From Polyangiaceae bacterium (lineage in GTDB: Bacteria; Myxococcota_A; Polyangia; Polyangiales; Polyangiaceae), in contig CBDCTZ010000012.1 in assembly GCA_965222375.1 (NCBI GenBank), forward strand, positions 384,001 through 448,000: a stretch of 64,000 bases of DNA. The letters run 5' to 3'. A program made the translations under genes and the position numbers. Each line of letters begins with the position of its first letter. Positions within the stretch are counted from its first letter, which is position 1. Below are positions 19,968-31,000 of this stretch, piece after piece. Below the pieces are notes generated by a model. The model ran no database searches. It saw only the letters and a program-made list of their open reading frames with translations, and was not told the origin of the DNA.

Positions 19968-22163
19968 TCACGCGCGGCGACGTCGACGACGCGCCGCAAG
20001 CACCCCAGCACCAAGCAGCAGCGCCAGGCTTCCGCCCACCGGCGCGCTGTCACGGCCCGGCGTGCGGCAGCCGCAGCTGCCGTCGTCGCCGGACTCTTGA
20101 GCCCCGGTCCCAGGGTTGGCGTTCGTAGGAATACACTGGCCAATGCTCGAGTCGGTGCTGGTGCACTGGTAGCCACTCGGGCAGCCATTGCCATCGGTGC
20201 CGCGGCAGCCTTCGATGCAGATGTCCGTCTTGCCCACGTCGCAGACTTTGCCGCTGGTCAGGTTTCCGCAGTCGCTGTCCTTGTCGCAGCCACAGAAGGT
20301 GTCGTTGTTGGGATCCACCTTGCACACGGGACCCGTCGGTGCAGTCAGGCACTGATCGGGCTGGCTGGGGTCGCAGGCGCCGCACTCGCCCTTGATCGTG
20401 TTGCAGACGGGCTTTGCACCCGTGCACTTGACGGAGTTCGTCGAAGAGCACTCGCCGCAGCTGCCGCCGGGTTGGCAGGCGGGTGCGTTGGGATCCGTGC
20501 AGTGCGAGTCGTCGCTGCAGGGCAGGCACACCTTGGTGGTGGGATCGCAGAAGGGCTTGTTCGCCGGGCAGTCCGCGTTCGTATTGCACTCTTCCACCGT
20601 GATCATCGTGGGCTGCGCACCGGGGGTCAGCGGGTCGGCATCCGTGAGCCAAGATTTTTCGGGTCCGCCGCTTTCGCCCGCGCCCTTGATCTCACCTTGA
20701 TTCGGAATGCTGCCGCTCTGAGCCAAGACCTTGACTCGAAAGCGCACGGTCACGGTCTCCCCCACGCCGACCTTGCCGCCGGAGGCGCCGCTCACGCCCG
20801 AGCCAACTCGGACTCGGATCGTGCGCGTGGCCGCGTCGTACTCACCTTCGTCACCATCCACTGCGTCCGTCTTCACGCCGACGGCGCCGCCCGCAACCAG
20901 ATCCAGGCTACCCGGCACGTAGTCGAGGCCCGAATCGAGTACGTCCGTGAGCACGGTCCCTACGGCGGGGTCGTTGCCGGTGTTCTTGGCGGTCAAGACG
21001 TATTCCACTTCGTCGCCTGGGCGCAGGGCGCCGCCATTCAAGTCTGTCGCGGTCTTCTCGAAGCCAAGGAAGTCTGGAGCCTTGTTGGTCACCGACGTCA
21101 CGAAGCCACCCAGCAGAAAGATGTCCAGGCTGCTACTGGCACCGACGACTGCCTTGGTGTCGCCGGCCTTCACCAAGCTGGTGACGTTGGCCGTATCCAA
21201 GTCGTAGCCCGCCATCGTTCCTGGGTCGCCGGAGAGCTTGGGCACGTCCTGCGCTCCGCTCACGGGATTGCCCAGATAGCTGCGACCGCCGTTGAAGAAG
21301 TTGTCGACGGGGTTTTGGGCGTTGGAGAGCTTCTGCCCGTTGAAGGTGAAGGAGTCGCCCTTGTAGACCGTGTCGCCTTCATAGGTGAAGGCTGTCATGC
21401 GCGCCGAAAAGCCTGGCGGCACCAAGAACCCGCTCAGGGTGACCTCTGCCTTCTCCTGACCAGGGAAGCCGGGATCGATGGCGGTGAAGCCGTCGAACAG
21501 AGCCAAGTTGCGCAGCTCGTCGCCGGCGTGCTCGTAGAACACCACCAAGGTCCACGCCGAAAAGGCACGGTCCACTTCGACACCCGTGAGCGCCAAGGAA
21601 TCGACACCGGAAACACGGAAGTCGCCCGCGCCCGCAGCGGAGACGATGTTCGTAACGTCAGCAGTTGACTGGTAGTAAAACCAGTCCGGGTGGGTCGCGA
21701 AGCCGTAGGTCTCGACCCAAGAGTCGTCGGCGTTCACCGTGTTCACGGCGCCACCGGCCATATCCAAGGTGACCTGCTTGTCGGCGGAATTGCCGACCTT
21801 GAGCGCAGACCAATACAACCGCGCGTAGGTGACTTTGGCGCCCGCGGGCAGCGAAAGCGTCGCGCTGGTGCGGGCCTGCTCTGCGGTGATCGAGGCGTTC
21901 GCTAGGTTGTCGCGCCAGTACAAGTCTGGCGCCGTGTCGTCCTTCTGCAGCTGGGTCGCGCAGCTGTGGGTCGTGCTACTCGGCGGCGCAGGCAGGGCCG
22001 AGGAACAGTCCAGTGCCAGCGTGCTGCCCAGCACCACGACGTCGCCCTGGAGGTCCGCCTGATGACGCAGCTTCGGAGGAGCCGCGAAGCTGGTAGCCGC
22101 CACGGTGGAAGCGACCAGAGCTAGGTTCAAGGAAGCGCGCAGCCGAAAAGCTTGTCGAATCAT
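19968..22163 (-). CDS. Surface protein with DUF11-like Ig domain, Cys-rich repeats and MYXO-CTERM-type sorting signal
   Basis: Signal peptide, PGDEVEYVLTAKNTG/LTDVLDSGLDYVPGS, Cys repeats, C-terminal GSCGC + TM + RRRRR; AGGAG RBS. Confidence 0.85.
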   Translation of the reverse strand: MIRQAFRLRASLNLALVASTVAATSFAAPPKLRHQADLQGDVVVLGSTLALDCSSALPAPPSSTTHSCATQLQKDDTAPDLYWRDNLANASITAEQARTSATLSLPAGAKVTYARLYWSALKVGNSADKQVTLDMAGGAVNTVNADDSWVETYGFATHPDWFYYQSTADVTNIVSAAGAGDFRVSGVDSLALTGVEVDRAFSAWTLVVFYEHAGDELRNLALFDGFTAIDPGFPGQEKAEVTLSGFLVPPGFSARMTAFTYEGDTVYKGDSFTFNGQKLSNAQNPVDNFFNGGRSYLGNPVSGAQDVPKLSGDPGTMAGYDLDTANVTSLVKAGDTKAVVGASSSLDIFLLGGFVTSVTNKAPDFLGFEKTATDLNGGALRPGDEVEYVLTAKNTGNDPAVGTVLTDVLDSGLDYVPGSLDLVAGGAVGVKTDAVDGDEGEYDAATRTIRVRVGSGVSGASGGKVGVGETVTVRFRVKVLAQSGSIPNQGEIKGAGESGGPEKSWLTDADPLTPGAQPTMITVEECNTNADCPANKPFCDPTTKVCLPCSDDSHCTDPNAPACQPGGSCGECSSTNSVKCTGAKPVCNTIKGECGACDPSQPDQCLTAPTGPVCKVDPNNDTFCGCDKDSDCGNLTSGKVCDVGKTDICIEGCRGTDGNGCPSGYQCTSTDSSIGQCIPTNANPGTGAQESGDDGSCGCRTPGRDSAPVGGSLALLLGAGVLAARRRRRRA

Positions 22164-22287
22164 GCGCACTCCTTACCACCTGCACCTACATTGGACTACC
22201 TGCTTTTCATGCGCTTTTCCCGATTTATCCGCATCCACAGCTGAATTTTGTGCCGCTAGCGCAATCCGCCGGCGCTAGATCGTGATC

Positions 22288-23073
22288 ATGCGAATCGGCG
22301 CGGCTCTCGTCGGCTTCGGGCTGCTCGCCATGGCGGGCTGCGATCCGAGCAGCAAGCGCTTGGGGCCAAAACAGGACCGCAGCGACGGCAAGCTGCCCGA
22401 GCTCACGGCGACTCGAGCGGCGATCCCGCCCAAGATCGACGGACAACTCGATCAGGCGGAGTGGGCGGGCGCCGGCTCCACAGGTCCCTTCGTGGCGCCG
22501 GGCAGCGGCAAGGCTGCGCACCCCAAGTCGAAAGTGCGGGCTCGGGCCCGTCTCCTCTATGACGCGGACAAGCTCTACGTCGCCTTCGAGGTGCTGGACG
22601 AAGCGCCTACTTCGGCCTTCGCTCAAGACGCCGTCGACCCGCACGTGTGGTCCAAGGCCTCGGGCGTCGAGCTGATGATCGCGCCCGGTAGCCACGCCGA
22701 CAATCGCGACTACTTCGAGGTCCAAGTCGAGGTGGGGGGTGCGGTCTGGGACACACGCTTCGACGACTACAACAAGCCCGTGGGTCCTCGTTCCGGATCC
22801 AAAGTCGTGCGCTTCGGACATCAAGACTGGAAAAGCGGAATCGTCCGAGCAACCAAGCGCGAGAGTTGGGGCTATGTGGTTGAGCTCGCGCTTCCCTTCA
22901 GCCAGCTGAAGACACAGCGCAACCCCACGCCACCGAGCGCCGGCGCCACCTGGCGGATGAACTTCTACAGCTTTCGCGACGGCCAGTCCGACTCCCTCGC
23001 GTGGTCGCCGCTATTGGGCAAGGGCAACTTTCACCGCGCGAGCCGCTTTGGCCAGGTGCGTTTCGGCCCCTGA
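22288..23073 (+). CDS. CBM9/DOMON-like carbohydrate-binding lipoprotein
   Basis: Lipobox MAGC, PKIDGQLDQAEW, LYDADKLYVAF, VELALPF, WRMNFY. Confidence 0.75.
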   Translation: MRIGAALVGFGLLAMAGCDPSSKRLGPKQDRSDGKLPELTATRAAIPPKIDGQLDQAEWAGAGSTGPFVAPGSGKAAHPKSKVRARARLLYDADKLYVAFEVLDEAPTSAFAQDAVDPHVWSKASGVELMIAPGSHADNRDYFEVQVEVGGAVWDTRFDDYNKPVGPRSGSKVVRFGHQDWKSGIVRATKRESWGYVVELALPFSQLKTQRNPTPPSAGATWRMNFYSFRDGQSDSLAWSPLLGKGNFHRASRFGQVRFGP

Positions 23074-23100
23074 GACCCGAGTCGTGTTATGGCTGCTGGC

Positions 23101-23703
23101 ATGGCTGGCTACGAAGACGTCTTGTCGTTTTGGTTCGGGAGCGTCCAAGACAATGGCACCGCAGAGGAGGGCATCAGCGCGCGCTGGTGGAAGAAGAGCG
23201 ACGCCTTCGACGCTGAATGCCGCGATCGCTTTCTGACGGATCTCGAATTGGCCCTAGCGGGCAAGCTCGACGACTGGACCCAGACCCCGGAAGGGCGCAC
23301 TGCATTGATCGTGCTGATGGATCAGTTCTCGCGCAACATCTTCCGCGGCACGCCCCGTTCATTCGGCAGTGATGCCCAGGCGTTGGCCCAGAGCAAACTC
23401 GCGGTCGCTGCGGGTGAGCAGAACAAAGTGCCGACTTGTTACGGCTACTTCATGCTGATGCCCTTCATGCACTCCGAAGACATCGCGGATCAGGAGCGCT
23501 GCATCGAGCTTTTTCAACAGCTCGCGGATCGAACGCCCGAGGGCCCCGCACGCAAATCCTTAGAGGCCGCAGTTGGCTATGGCGTTAAACATCGTGACAT
23601 CGTGAAACGCTTCGGGCGCTTCCCTCACCGCAACGCCGTCCTCGGCCGCGAGAGCACGCCCGAAGAGACCGAGTTCCTGACGAAGCCCGGCTCGAGCTTC
23701 TGA
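23101..23703 (+). CDS. DUF924 family protein
   Basis: VLSFWFG, DQFSRNIFRG, MPFMHSED, RFGRFPHRNAVLGRESTPEE; alternative start 23089. Confidence 0.9.
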   Translation: MAGYEDVLSFWFGSVQDNGTAEEGISARWWKKSDAFDAECRDRFLTDLELALAGKLDDWTQTPEGRTALIVLMDQFSRNIFRGTPRSFGSDAQALAQSKLAVAAGEQNKVPTCYGYFMLMPFMHSEDIADQERCIELFQQLADRTPEGPARKSLEAAVGYGVKHRDIVKRFGRFPHRNAVLGRESTPEETEFLTKPGSSF

Positions 23704-23882
23704 GCCGAGCCGCAGCTCCATCCTAGTGCGGCCACACGTGTCAAGTCGGGACGAGCGGCGCGACGGGTTCTGGCGGCGTCGCTACAGAAGGCGCAGCGGG
23801 GGCGGATGCTGGCGGCGCGTCTAGCGGAGGGTGCGGGCGCTCCAAGCGGTGGAGGGAGACCGACGCGTAGCGCCAGCCGTGG

Positions 23883-24296
23883 ATGGGTACCTACGGCGCG
23901 ACGCTTCCCAAGGGGGCGGACATCCCCCTAGCGGCTCAGCGTGGCGGATACGACTGGCATCTCTTCAGCTACAACGTGGTCTACGCCTTGTGCGGTGCCG
24001 ATGCGACCCAGGAGTACATCAATTTGGATGACAGCGCGTTCATCGTGCTGCCGCACGCCGCGGACAAGACGCCGGGCTGCCGATGCACCTGCAAGTCGAT
24101 TCCGAGATTGGATGGCGCCCACGACGTCCATATTTCGGCCCCCAACCTCTCTTGGACGATGGTCTTCACGCGCGAGGACGGTTGGTGCGGGCCCTATTCC
24201 AGTTGCGCAAAGTGGGTGAGGAATCCGCCGAAGCCTCAGGCCCCGGAGGCGCCGGAGCAGCCGTCCAAAAAGCAACGACGGCGGAGGCGCCGCTGA
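23883..24296 (+). CDS. DUF4275-like protein, probably 5'-damaged
   Basis: YDWHLFSY...SWTMVFTREDGWCGPY; in-frame TAG at 23868-23870 just upstream. Confidence 0.5.
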   Translation: MGTYGATLPKGADIPLAAQRGGYDWHLFSYNVVYALCGADATQEYINLDDSAFIVLPHAADKTPGCRCTCKSIPRLDGAHDVHISAPNLSWTMVFTREDGWCGPYSSCAKWVRNPPKPQAPEAPEQPSKKQRRRRRR

Positions 24297-24359
24297 CGGA
24301 GGTAGTTGGGGCAGCGTGGACGTGGCCGGCGCGCTACCCTGTGCGCGGACAAACCCAGA

Positions 24360-25268
24360 ATGGAGGCCACCCTCACAGAACGGTTCCGAGGAGCGTTCCC
24401 GAACGAATGCGCGGATGAAGTTGACGTGGTGGGCGCAATGCTGCGGCCGAGCTCGCACCCGACGAGTGAGTTCGACGTGGGACCAACCGAGGTGCGCGGA
24501 GAGCGGCTCCGCATACCCACGCGGATTTACCACCCAGAGCTCGCCCCCCAGGAGCTAGCGGCGTTGAGCGATCGCCAGCGACTCGTCGCCCAGTGCTGGT
24601 TCACCCGCCATCACGATGGGTATGTGCGCGAGCGCATGGTGCGCGAAGTTCTGCGCGACCGTTCGCCGTGGACTGCACCCTACGTGATTCAGCTGCTGGG
24701 TGAGTACGTCATCGAAATCATCCAGGTGCTGCAGGATGGAATCGTCGCCAAACACGAACAGCCCTACGCGGAGTTCTTGAACGACAACCCAGAGTTCTGG
24801 GAGCTCACGCGCCAACGCATGATCAGCTACTGGAACTGCTGCTACCGCCACCCGGACTACCCGGATCGATCACGGTATCCCGGAGCGCGGCTGTTCGAGC
24901 GGTTGGAAGGGTGGCGGGCGAGTGGGGCAGCGTCGTCGTCCCTCTCACTGGAATCCGTCCTGGGACAGCTCCGAGCCCGCCACCGTGTTGAACCCGTCGC
25001 TGCTTCCGCAGAGCAACTCGTCGTCCGCTTCCCCAAGTACCCCGACGCGGTTCTCGGCATCGCCCTACAGAGCGAGGGTCGCTTGCGCGTCACGTATCCT
25101 CGCGTCGTGCGGAAGCCGTCTGGAGAGTATCACGAGGTGGAGGCCACGGCTGACCGGGTGTTGCCCGAAGGGCTGCACTCGATCGCGGGCCAGTTGGCGC
25201 GCCACGGTCGCGTCCTCCCCGAATTCGTCGACGGCCCACTACCCCTTGCGAAACGCCACGGGCCTTAG
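24360..25268 (+). CDS. Hypothetical protein
   Basis: Globular-looking ORF (TRHHDGYVRE, QLLGEYVIEI, SYWNCCY). Confidence 0.7.
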   Translation: MEATLTERFRGAFPNECADEVDVVGAMLRPSSHPTSEFDVGPTEVRGERLRIPTRIYHPELAPQELAALSDRQRLVAQCWFTRHHDGYVRERMVREVLRDRSPWTAPYVIQLLGEYVIEIIQVLQDGIVAKHEQPYAEFLNDNPEFWELTRQRMISYWNCCYRHPDYPDRSRYPGARLFERLEGWRASGAASSSLSLESVLGQLRARHRVEPVAASAEQLVVRFPKYPDAVLGIALQSEGRLRVTYPRVVRKPSGEYHEVEATADRVLPEGLHSIAGQLARHGRVLPEFVDGPLPLAKRHGP

Positions 25269-25282
25269 CCGGAGCATTGCCC

Positions 25283-25996
25283 ATGTCACGCGACATCGTT
25301 ATTTCCGTCACCCGCGACCGCGTTCAGGTTGGCGATGAAGTAACAAAAGCGGTTGTGGCCATCGCGGCGGACAAGGGGCGGCTCTCTATTTTGTCCGTCG
25401 GCGAGACACGTGAAGAGTTCAAAGAGCGTTGCCGACCGCTGTCCGAACGCGAGGGGGTGGCGATGCCGCACGTCGTCGTGCCCGGTGACAATCCTCGCTG
25501 GGACGCGCGTTGGAAGGGCGAAGCGACAAGTGCGGACGAGGACCCGACTTCGGTACTCGTGATCGAGCCGTTGCGCGGCGACACCTGGTCACCGGTCGGT
25601 GCCGATGCCCTGCTCCGGTTCGCCATCTCGCAGTCGCCATACGCGCGAGGCCTTGGCCAAATAGTTCGACCCCGTGCGGCCCTCGAAGTGGCGTCAGATT
25701 TCGATGCTGCACAGTACGCTCAGGTGGTCGACGTGGTTCGCGAACTGCTGGGCTTGGGCGTGAAGCTTCCCGACGAGCGTCCGAAAGAACGAGCCACGCT
25801 GCGCAGGGCTCTGGCGCCCCTCGCCCTGCCGCTCTCCTGGGGGGCCGGGATCGCGTGCATTCTGATCCCGGTCCTCAATGAACCGGCGCAAGCCAAGCAC
25901 AAGTCGATGGCGCTGGTCGCCGCCGGCCTTGCGATCGGTTTCTACTGGCTGCACAAATACTTGTGGCGGACGCTGCGATTTCAGCCGGAGACCTAG
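25283..25996 (+). CDS. Hypothetical protein with two C-terminal TM helices
   Basis: GGAG RBS; hydrophobic C-terminus. Confidence 0.65.
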   Translation: MSRDIVISVTRDRVQVGDEVTKAVVAIAADKGRLSILSVGETREEFKERCRPLSEREGVAMPHVVVPGDNPRWDARWKGEATSADEDPTSVLVIEPLRGDTWSPVGADALLRFAISQSPYARGLGQIVRPRAALEVASDFDAAQYAQVVDVVRELLGLGVKLPDERPKERATLRRALAPLALPLSWGAGIACILIPVLNEPAQAKHKSMALVAAGLAIGFYWLHKYLWRTLRFQPET

Positions 25997-26178
25997 TGCG
26001 CCCCGGGGCCCTGTAGACATAGCGACACGGGGGGCACACAGGGTGTCGTTTCCAGCGCGTCGACCCAAACCCTAGCGACTTTCATGGGGCGCCGGGTTCG
26101 GCAAGCACACGACTTCCAGGAGGTGGCCCACCGGTGGGACCTTGCCTTGCCTCACGATCGTGAGACACTTGGCCCGCT

Positions 26179-28038
26179 TTGCTTCGGAACACTAGGGCGG
26201 TGGGTGCCGCGCTTTGGGCGCTTTGCGCAGTGGTCGGCGCTAGCTGCGGCTCCCGGAGCGGGCTCGAATCGGCGAGAGGCAGTGGGGGCGGTGGCAATGC
26301 TGGCGCCGACGCCAGCACGGGTGGCGTGGGCGGCGCTCTGGCTGACGCCGGCTCGGACGCAGCGGCGCCTAGTTGCGTGCTGTCGAGTGCGGGAGAGTCG
26401 GTGACTCTGATGGAGCTTCCGAATCAGAATCTGAACACGCCGTCGGCCATCGTGATGAATGCTGGCAGCGCGGCGCAGCCGGCGCGCCTGGCATTGCAGG
26501 CCCTGGCGGCGGGCGATTCGAGCGGAGAGCATTCGAACATCAAGCTGGTGCGACTCGCCATTGGAGAGCCCTGGCCGAGCGGCGTCGCGGTGGAGACGGA
26601 GCCGCTGCAGATCGGTCCGGAAGCTCATAGCTGGGGCAATTGGGTCGCTGCACCGGGCGGGCGGCCCGAGGCCGCGCTGGCGTGGCATAGTGACCCCGGC
26701 AACGTCGGGCGGGCGGCGTTTCGCCTCTTCGACACGCAGAGCTGGACCGCCAAGGACGTGGTCGATCTCGACTTGGATGGATCGACAGTCTTGGGCCTTG
26801 CGGCAGGCAAGGGCGCCGGCGCGTTCGGTGTCGGCTATTCAGGAGACGGCTACGGAATCACCTGGCGCAAGGGCACTGAAGACAAGAAGTTCGTTTCCGT
26901 CGTGGCAGTGCTCGACCACCAGGGCGGCGTCCAACTGGGACCTCACGCGGTCGCTCCGCCAAGCGACTCGACGGGTTCGTCACCCGACGTCGTCTGGACC
27001 GGCAACGAATACTGGATGACGACCTCTTTTGGCACCTGCGCCGCGCCGCATCCGTTGTGTGCCGACACTTCGGTGGTCGTGTCACGACTGCGACCGGCGA
27101 GCGGCAGCGCCGAGGACGATAGCGGAGTGGACGCGATCCTCGAGATCCCCGCGCTATCGGGGTTTCTGCCCTTGCGCGCAAGTGCCGCGGCGCGCGGGGG
27201 GGACGTGTACGTGGCGTGGCGGGAGGAATACGGGGGAGGTGCGGCCATCCCGGGCCACGTCCGACTCGCACGGCTGACCCAGCAAGGTCAGCTCGTCGGC
27301 GAACCGCTCCGCTTCAATCCGTCCGATGAGTCCTACGGGCCCGTATCTGTGATGGTCAGCGACGCGGGCGTCACCGTACTGGCCGCCGAGGGAGGCGATC
27401 CGAACGTGCCCTACAAAGAGCTTGGGCATCATCAGATCCGGGTGCATCACTTTCGCCGCGACCTCACTCCGCTCGCATCGGTCGTGGTGCCGGCAACGCA
27501 AGTGGCTTCCGCGTGGCCGAGTGCTGTCTACCTGGAGCATCCGCAGAGTTTGCTCGTGGTGTGGTCCGGTCAACGAATCGGGCCGGGGCCAGCCGTCGTG
27601 TGGGGCGCCCGCCTCGATTGCGACGCGACGCCGCCTCTCCCTGACGCAGGATCGGCGCAATACAGCGCAGAGGTGGATCTCACCGGGGCCCTCGACCGCG
27701 TGCGCATCATGAAACGCGATCCCGTGCGCGACCTGTGCATTCGGGTCTTTCTCGCGCATGCGTCGGGCGGCGAGCCCTATGCCGCAACCGTCCCCGGAAA
27801 GTGGGGTATCGAAGGGATCAACGTGGCCAAGGGAGCGGAGACGTGTCCCATCTCCAAGTGGGAAGGTGTGCAGGCCTCCGCGGCCGCGGGCAGTTTGTCG
27901 TGGGATCCTCCGGATAGCTTGCCTTGCTTCATCGACGCGAACTTGATCTTGTCGTTCCCCCAGAGCCAGAGCTGGGTGCCAGCAACGGATACGTTTTCAG
28001 CCAAGGGGATCCCGGTCGAGGGCGCCTGTCCGCCCTGA
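26179..28038 (+). CDS. Lipoprotein with Gly linker and beta-rich domains
   Basis: Signal ending GASC; 619-aa ORF. Confidence 0.75.
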   Translation: MLRNTRAVGAALWALCAVVGASCGSRSGLESARGSGGGGNAGADASTGGVGGALADAGSDAAAPSCVLSSAGESVTLMELPNQNLNTPSAIVMNAGSAAQPARLALQALAAGDSSGEHSNIKLVRLAIGEPWPSGVAVETEPLQIGPEAHSWGNWVAAPGGRPEAALAWHSDPGNVGRAAFRLFDTQSWTAKDVVDLDLDGSTVLGLAAGKGAGAFGVGYSGDGYGITWRKGTEDKKFVSVVAVLDHQGGVQLGPHAVAPPSDSTGSSPDVVWTGNEYWMTTSFGTCAAPHPLCADTSVVVSRLRPASGSAEDDSGVDAILEIPALSGFLPLRASAAARGGDVYVAWREEYGGGAAIPGHVRLARLTQQGQLVGEPLRFNPSDESYGPVSVMVSDAGVTVLAAEGGDPNVPYKELGHHQIRVHHFRRDLTPLASVVVPATQVASAWPSAVYLEHPQSLLVVWSGQRIGPGPAVVWGARLDCDATPPLPDAGSAQYSAEVDLTGALDRVRIMKRDPVRDLCIRVFLAHASGGEPYAATVPGKWGIEGINVAKGAETCPISKWEGVQASAAAGSLSWDPPDSLPCFIDANLILSFPQSQSWVPATDTFSAKGIPVEGACPP

Positions 28039-28086
28039 GTTCAGGGCGCGCCAGGTTCTGGCATTCAACGGGATGGCAAAGGCCAT

Positions 28087-31000
28087 CTATGGGTTGCTGA
28101 ACAGAAGCCGGGCAGCGTCGGTCCGACCCCTGCGCCTGGGACGGCGTCGCGCCAGGCCGAGCACGGCGGCTAGGAGCCACCATGCCGGGTTCGACGGATT
28201 GGGGGCGGTTCGACAGCTGCAGCCACCGTCGTCCTCGCTGCTGGGCGCCGCTCCACTTGTGCCCGCTGCGCCCGCGTCGCCACCGGTCGATGCGCCAGCA
28301 GAGCCGCCGCTGGCACCGCCGCTGCCGACAGCTCCTCCCGTGAACGCGCCGGCGCTGCCCGCGGTGCCGGCTGCACCCCCGGTGAACGCGCCGCTGCTGC
28401 CCGCGGTGCCGCTTGCGCCACTGGTTCCAGCAGCTCCCCCAGTCGCTGCGCCACTACTTCCTGCCGCGCCCGCATGGCCACCTGTTGCGCCAATGCCACC
28501 GCTGCCACCCGTGGCGCTGGCACCTCCCGTGGCGCCCGTCCCACCGCTTGCGCCGAGGCCGCCCGTTGCACCAATGCCGCCCGTCGCACCAATGCCGCCC
28601 GTCGCGCCGATGCCGCCTGTTGCACTAATGCCACCCGTCGCGCTCGTGCCACCCGTGCCGCTCGTGCCACCCGTTCCTGTGGGCACGCAATTGCCGCCGA
28701 TGCAGGTGCCGCCGCTGCACGGCGAGTTATCGGGTTTCGCCGGATTCGAGCACAGGCCTGTCGACGGATCGCAGACGCCCGCGACGTGACACTGATCGAG
28801 GGGGCTACAGATCACGTGGCTCGCCGAGGTGCAGACGCCGCTCTGGCAGGTGTCCGTGAGCGTACAGGCGTTGTTGTCAGAGCAGGACGAACCGTCGCCT
28901 TTGAGCGGGTTCGTGCAGATCCCCGTGCTGGGGTTGCACACGCCGGCAACATGGCATTGGTCGAGGGGTGTGCAGGGCACGACGTTTCCGACACACACGC
29001 CATTGGCACACTTGTCGTCAGTGGTGCACAGGCTGCCGTCGTTACACGGAGCACCATTCGAGCCAGCTGGCGCGCAAGGGTCCGCGACCGAGCCCCAGAC
29101 GCCCTGCGCCATCAAAATTGGTGCTGCGCCCGGGACGTTCTTGTTGTGGTCCCACAGCTGCCAGATCGTATCGCCCCAGGCTTTGAGTCGCGAGAAGAAG
29201 GGATCGGTCTGAGCAATGTATGCCTGCGTCTCTCCCGAGGGAGTGGGTGACGCGAGGGTGGTCGCACCGGTGCCCTTGATTTCGTCGCGAAGGAATTCGA
29301 CGTATTCGCGACTCGTCGACTGGTAGTACAGGCTGACCTCGACCCCATCGAGGTTCATAGGCAGCGTCAGCGCGACGTCGTCGTAGCCGCCAGCATACTC
29401 GGCGGCACTGAAGTAGCTCGGCGTAGAAACCCCGGCGACGACGGGCTCGACCAGTCGCGCCGTGGCCTGGGCGATACGGAAGCCGCGCGGCGGGATGCGG
29501 TTGTCTTTGGCGCGGCCGGTTGCCAAGGCGAAGTGGAAGGTGTGGCTCTCGCCGGTCAGCGAACTCGAGAGCTTGGCCTCGTACACCAACGCGTCGAGGT
29601 ACTGTTCCCCGCTTGCTAGCGGTGGGCTGTTGGGCGAGCCAGGTAGCCCCTTCAGCGTCGCTGCCGTGGTGTCGTACGGGTTTATGGCTGCTACGACACT
29701 GCCTCCGATGTAGCTTCGCACGCTCACGAACATGCGCCGGCCTTCGGGGTAGCCGGAGATCAACTTGTGGCCGGTGTGATTTCGAATTCGGAACGCGAGC
29801 GCTCCCGTTGCAGCGGTGTAGGTCACGTTTTCGATGCTCGCCGCACGCTGCAAATTCTGAGTGGCGCGCACGATCCCGGCCAAGAGCGCAGGCGGATCCG
29901 GCGGCTGCCCCGCTGTCATGTTCAGCGTGAGCACATTGACTCCCTGATTCAGCAGCTGCGCGTTGGTCGCGTCGTAGTTGCTCGAGCCCGAGACGGCGCT
30001 AGCCAGGAGCCAAGGCATCAAGGTGTTGCCGCCGGTCAGGTCGTGCAAGGGTTGCCCGCTCCTTGGGTGCTCTTGACTTCCGGTGGGACGGATGGGCGTG
30101 CCCGACTTGTCGCAGCCTGCGCCCACCGTGTCCGGCATGTGGCAATCCTGGCAGGTCGCGATGTTGTTGTTCGGACGCGAGGTCGTGAACACGCTTGGCG
30201 CGAAGGCACCGCTGCCGGGCGCTCCGGCGCCAATGCCGAAGTCGCTCAACATGAACTCGCTGAAGGTGCGCTCCACGTGGCCGTAGGCGTATGCGGATCG
30301 CTGCTCGCTCGGCAGCACCGTCGTGCCGTTGCCGGGGGGGGTATTGGCGAAAGCCAGATTCTCAAGGACTGGATTCGAGACGTCGTGGCACACGCCGCAC
30401 ATGTAGCGGCTCTTGTTGTAGCGACTGTAGAGGCGTCCGTGTTTTTCGTTTGTGTCCGCAAATGAGCCGCGCTTGTCGTTGACGGCGCTGAACACGAATT
30501 GTCCGCCAGCGTTTTCATTCCACGCTGCGATGATCGGTAGCCAACTGGTCTTGTTGTACAGCGCATTGCCATTGAAGAACGCCAGCGGGTTGACCTCGAC
30601 TCGGTCGGCTAAGCGCGTCGTCTGCGCTTCCGTGGAGGAAGGCCGCGCGGTCGAGTTCGTCTCGTCCCAATAGCCGAGCCAGTCGTTGCCCTCGCGGATG
30701 CCTGCGAAGGTCTGCTCGAAGAAGGGATTGACCTGGCGGTGACAGCTGTCGCAGCTGATGCCGTCGAAGTCGCCGCCAGCCAAGGCCGTCCCGTTGGGTG
30801 GATCAGATCGCCCGCCCAGCCATCCAGGTGGCGTGTGGCAGCGCAAACACAGATCACCGGCGTTCGGGTTGCCTAACGCCCAAATCGAGTCTTGCAGCGC
30901 AACGGCGAAGGTCGCTAGGAAGATCGGATCCCGCATCGCCTGCGACATCATCGAGCCACGCCAATGGGTGCCGATGTCGACCTTTGGGTCGTAGCCGTCG

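Noticed and set aside
17829..23870. Two in-frame TAG codons as possible amber recoding
   Set aside because: Many intact genes here terminate at TAG and both affected genes show other damage; nonsense mutation is simpler
28200..28690. Periodic repeats here and at 41130-41230 as CRISPR arrays
   Set aside because: In-frame 15-18 bp coding repeats for Gly/Thr linkers; no unique spacers and no cas genes
28780..28980. CxPLDQCH motifs as extra heme sites
   Set aside because: Not CxxCH spacing; they are part of disulfide-rich repeats
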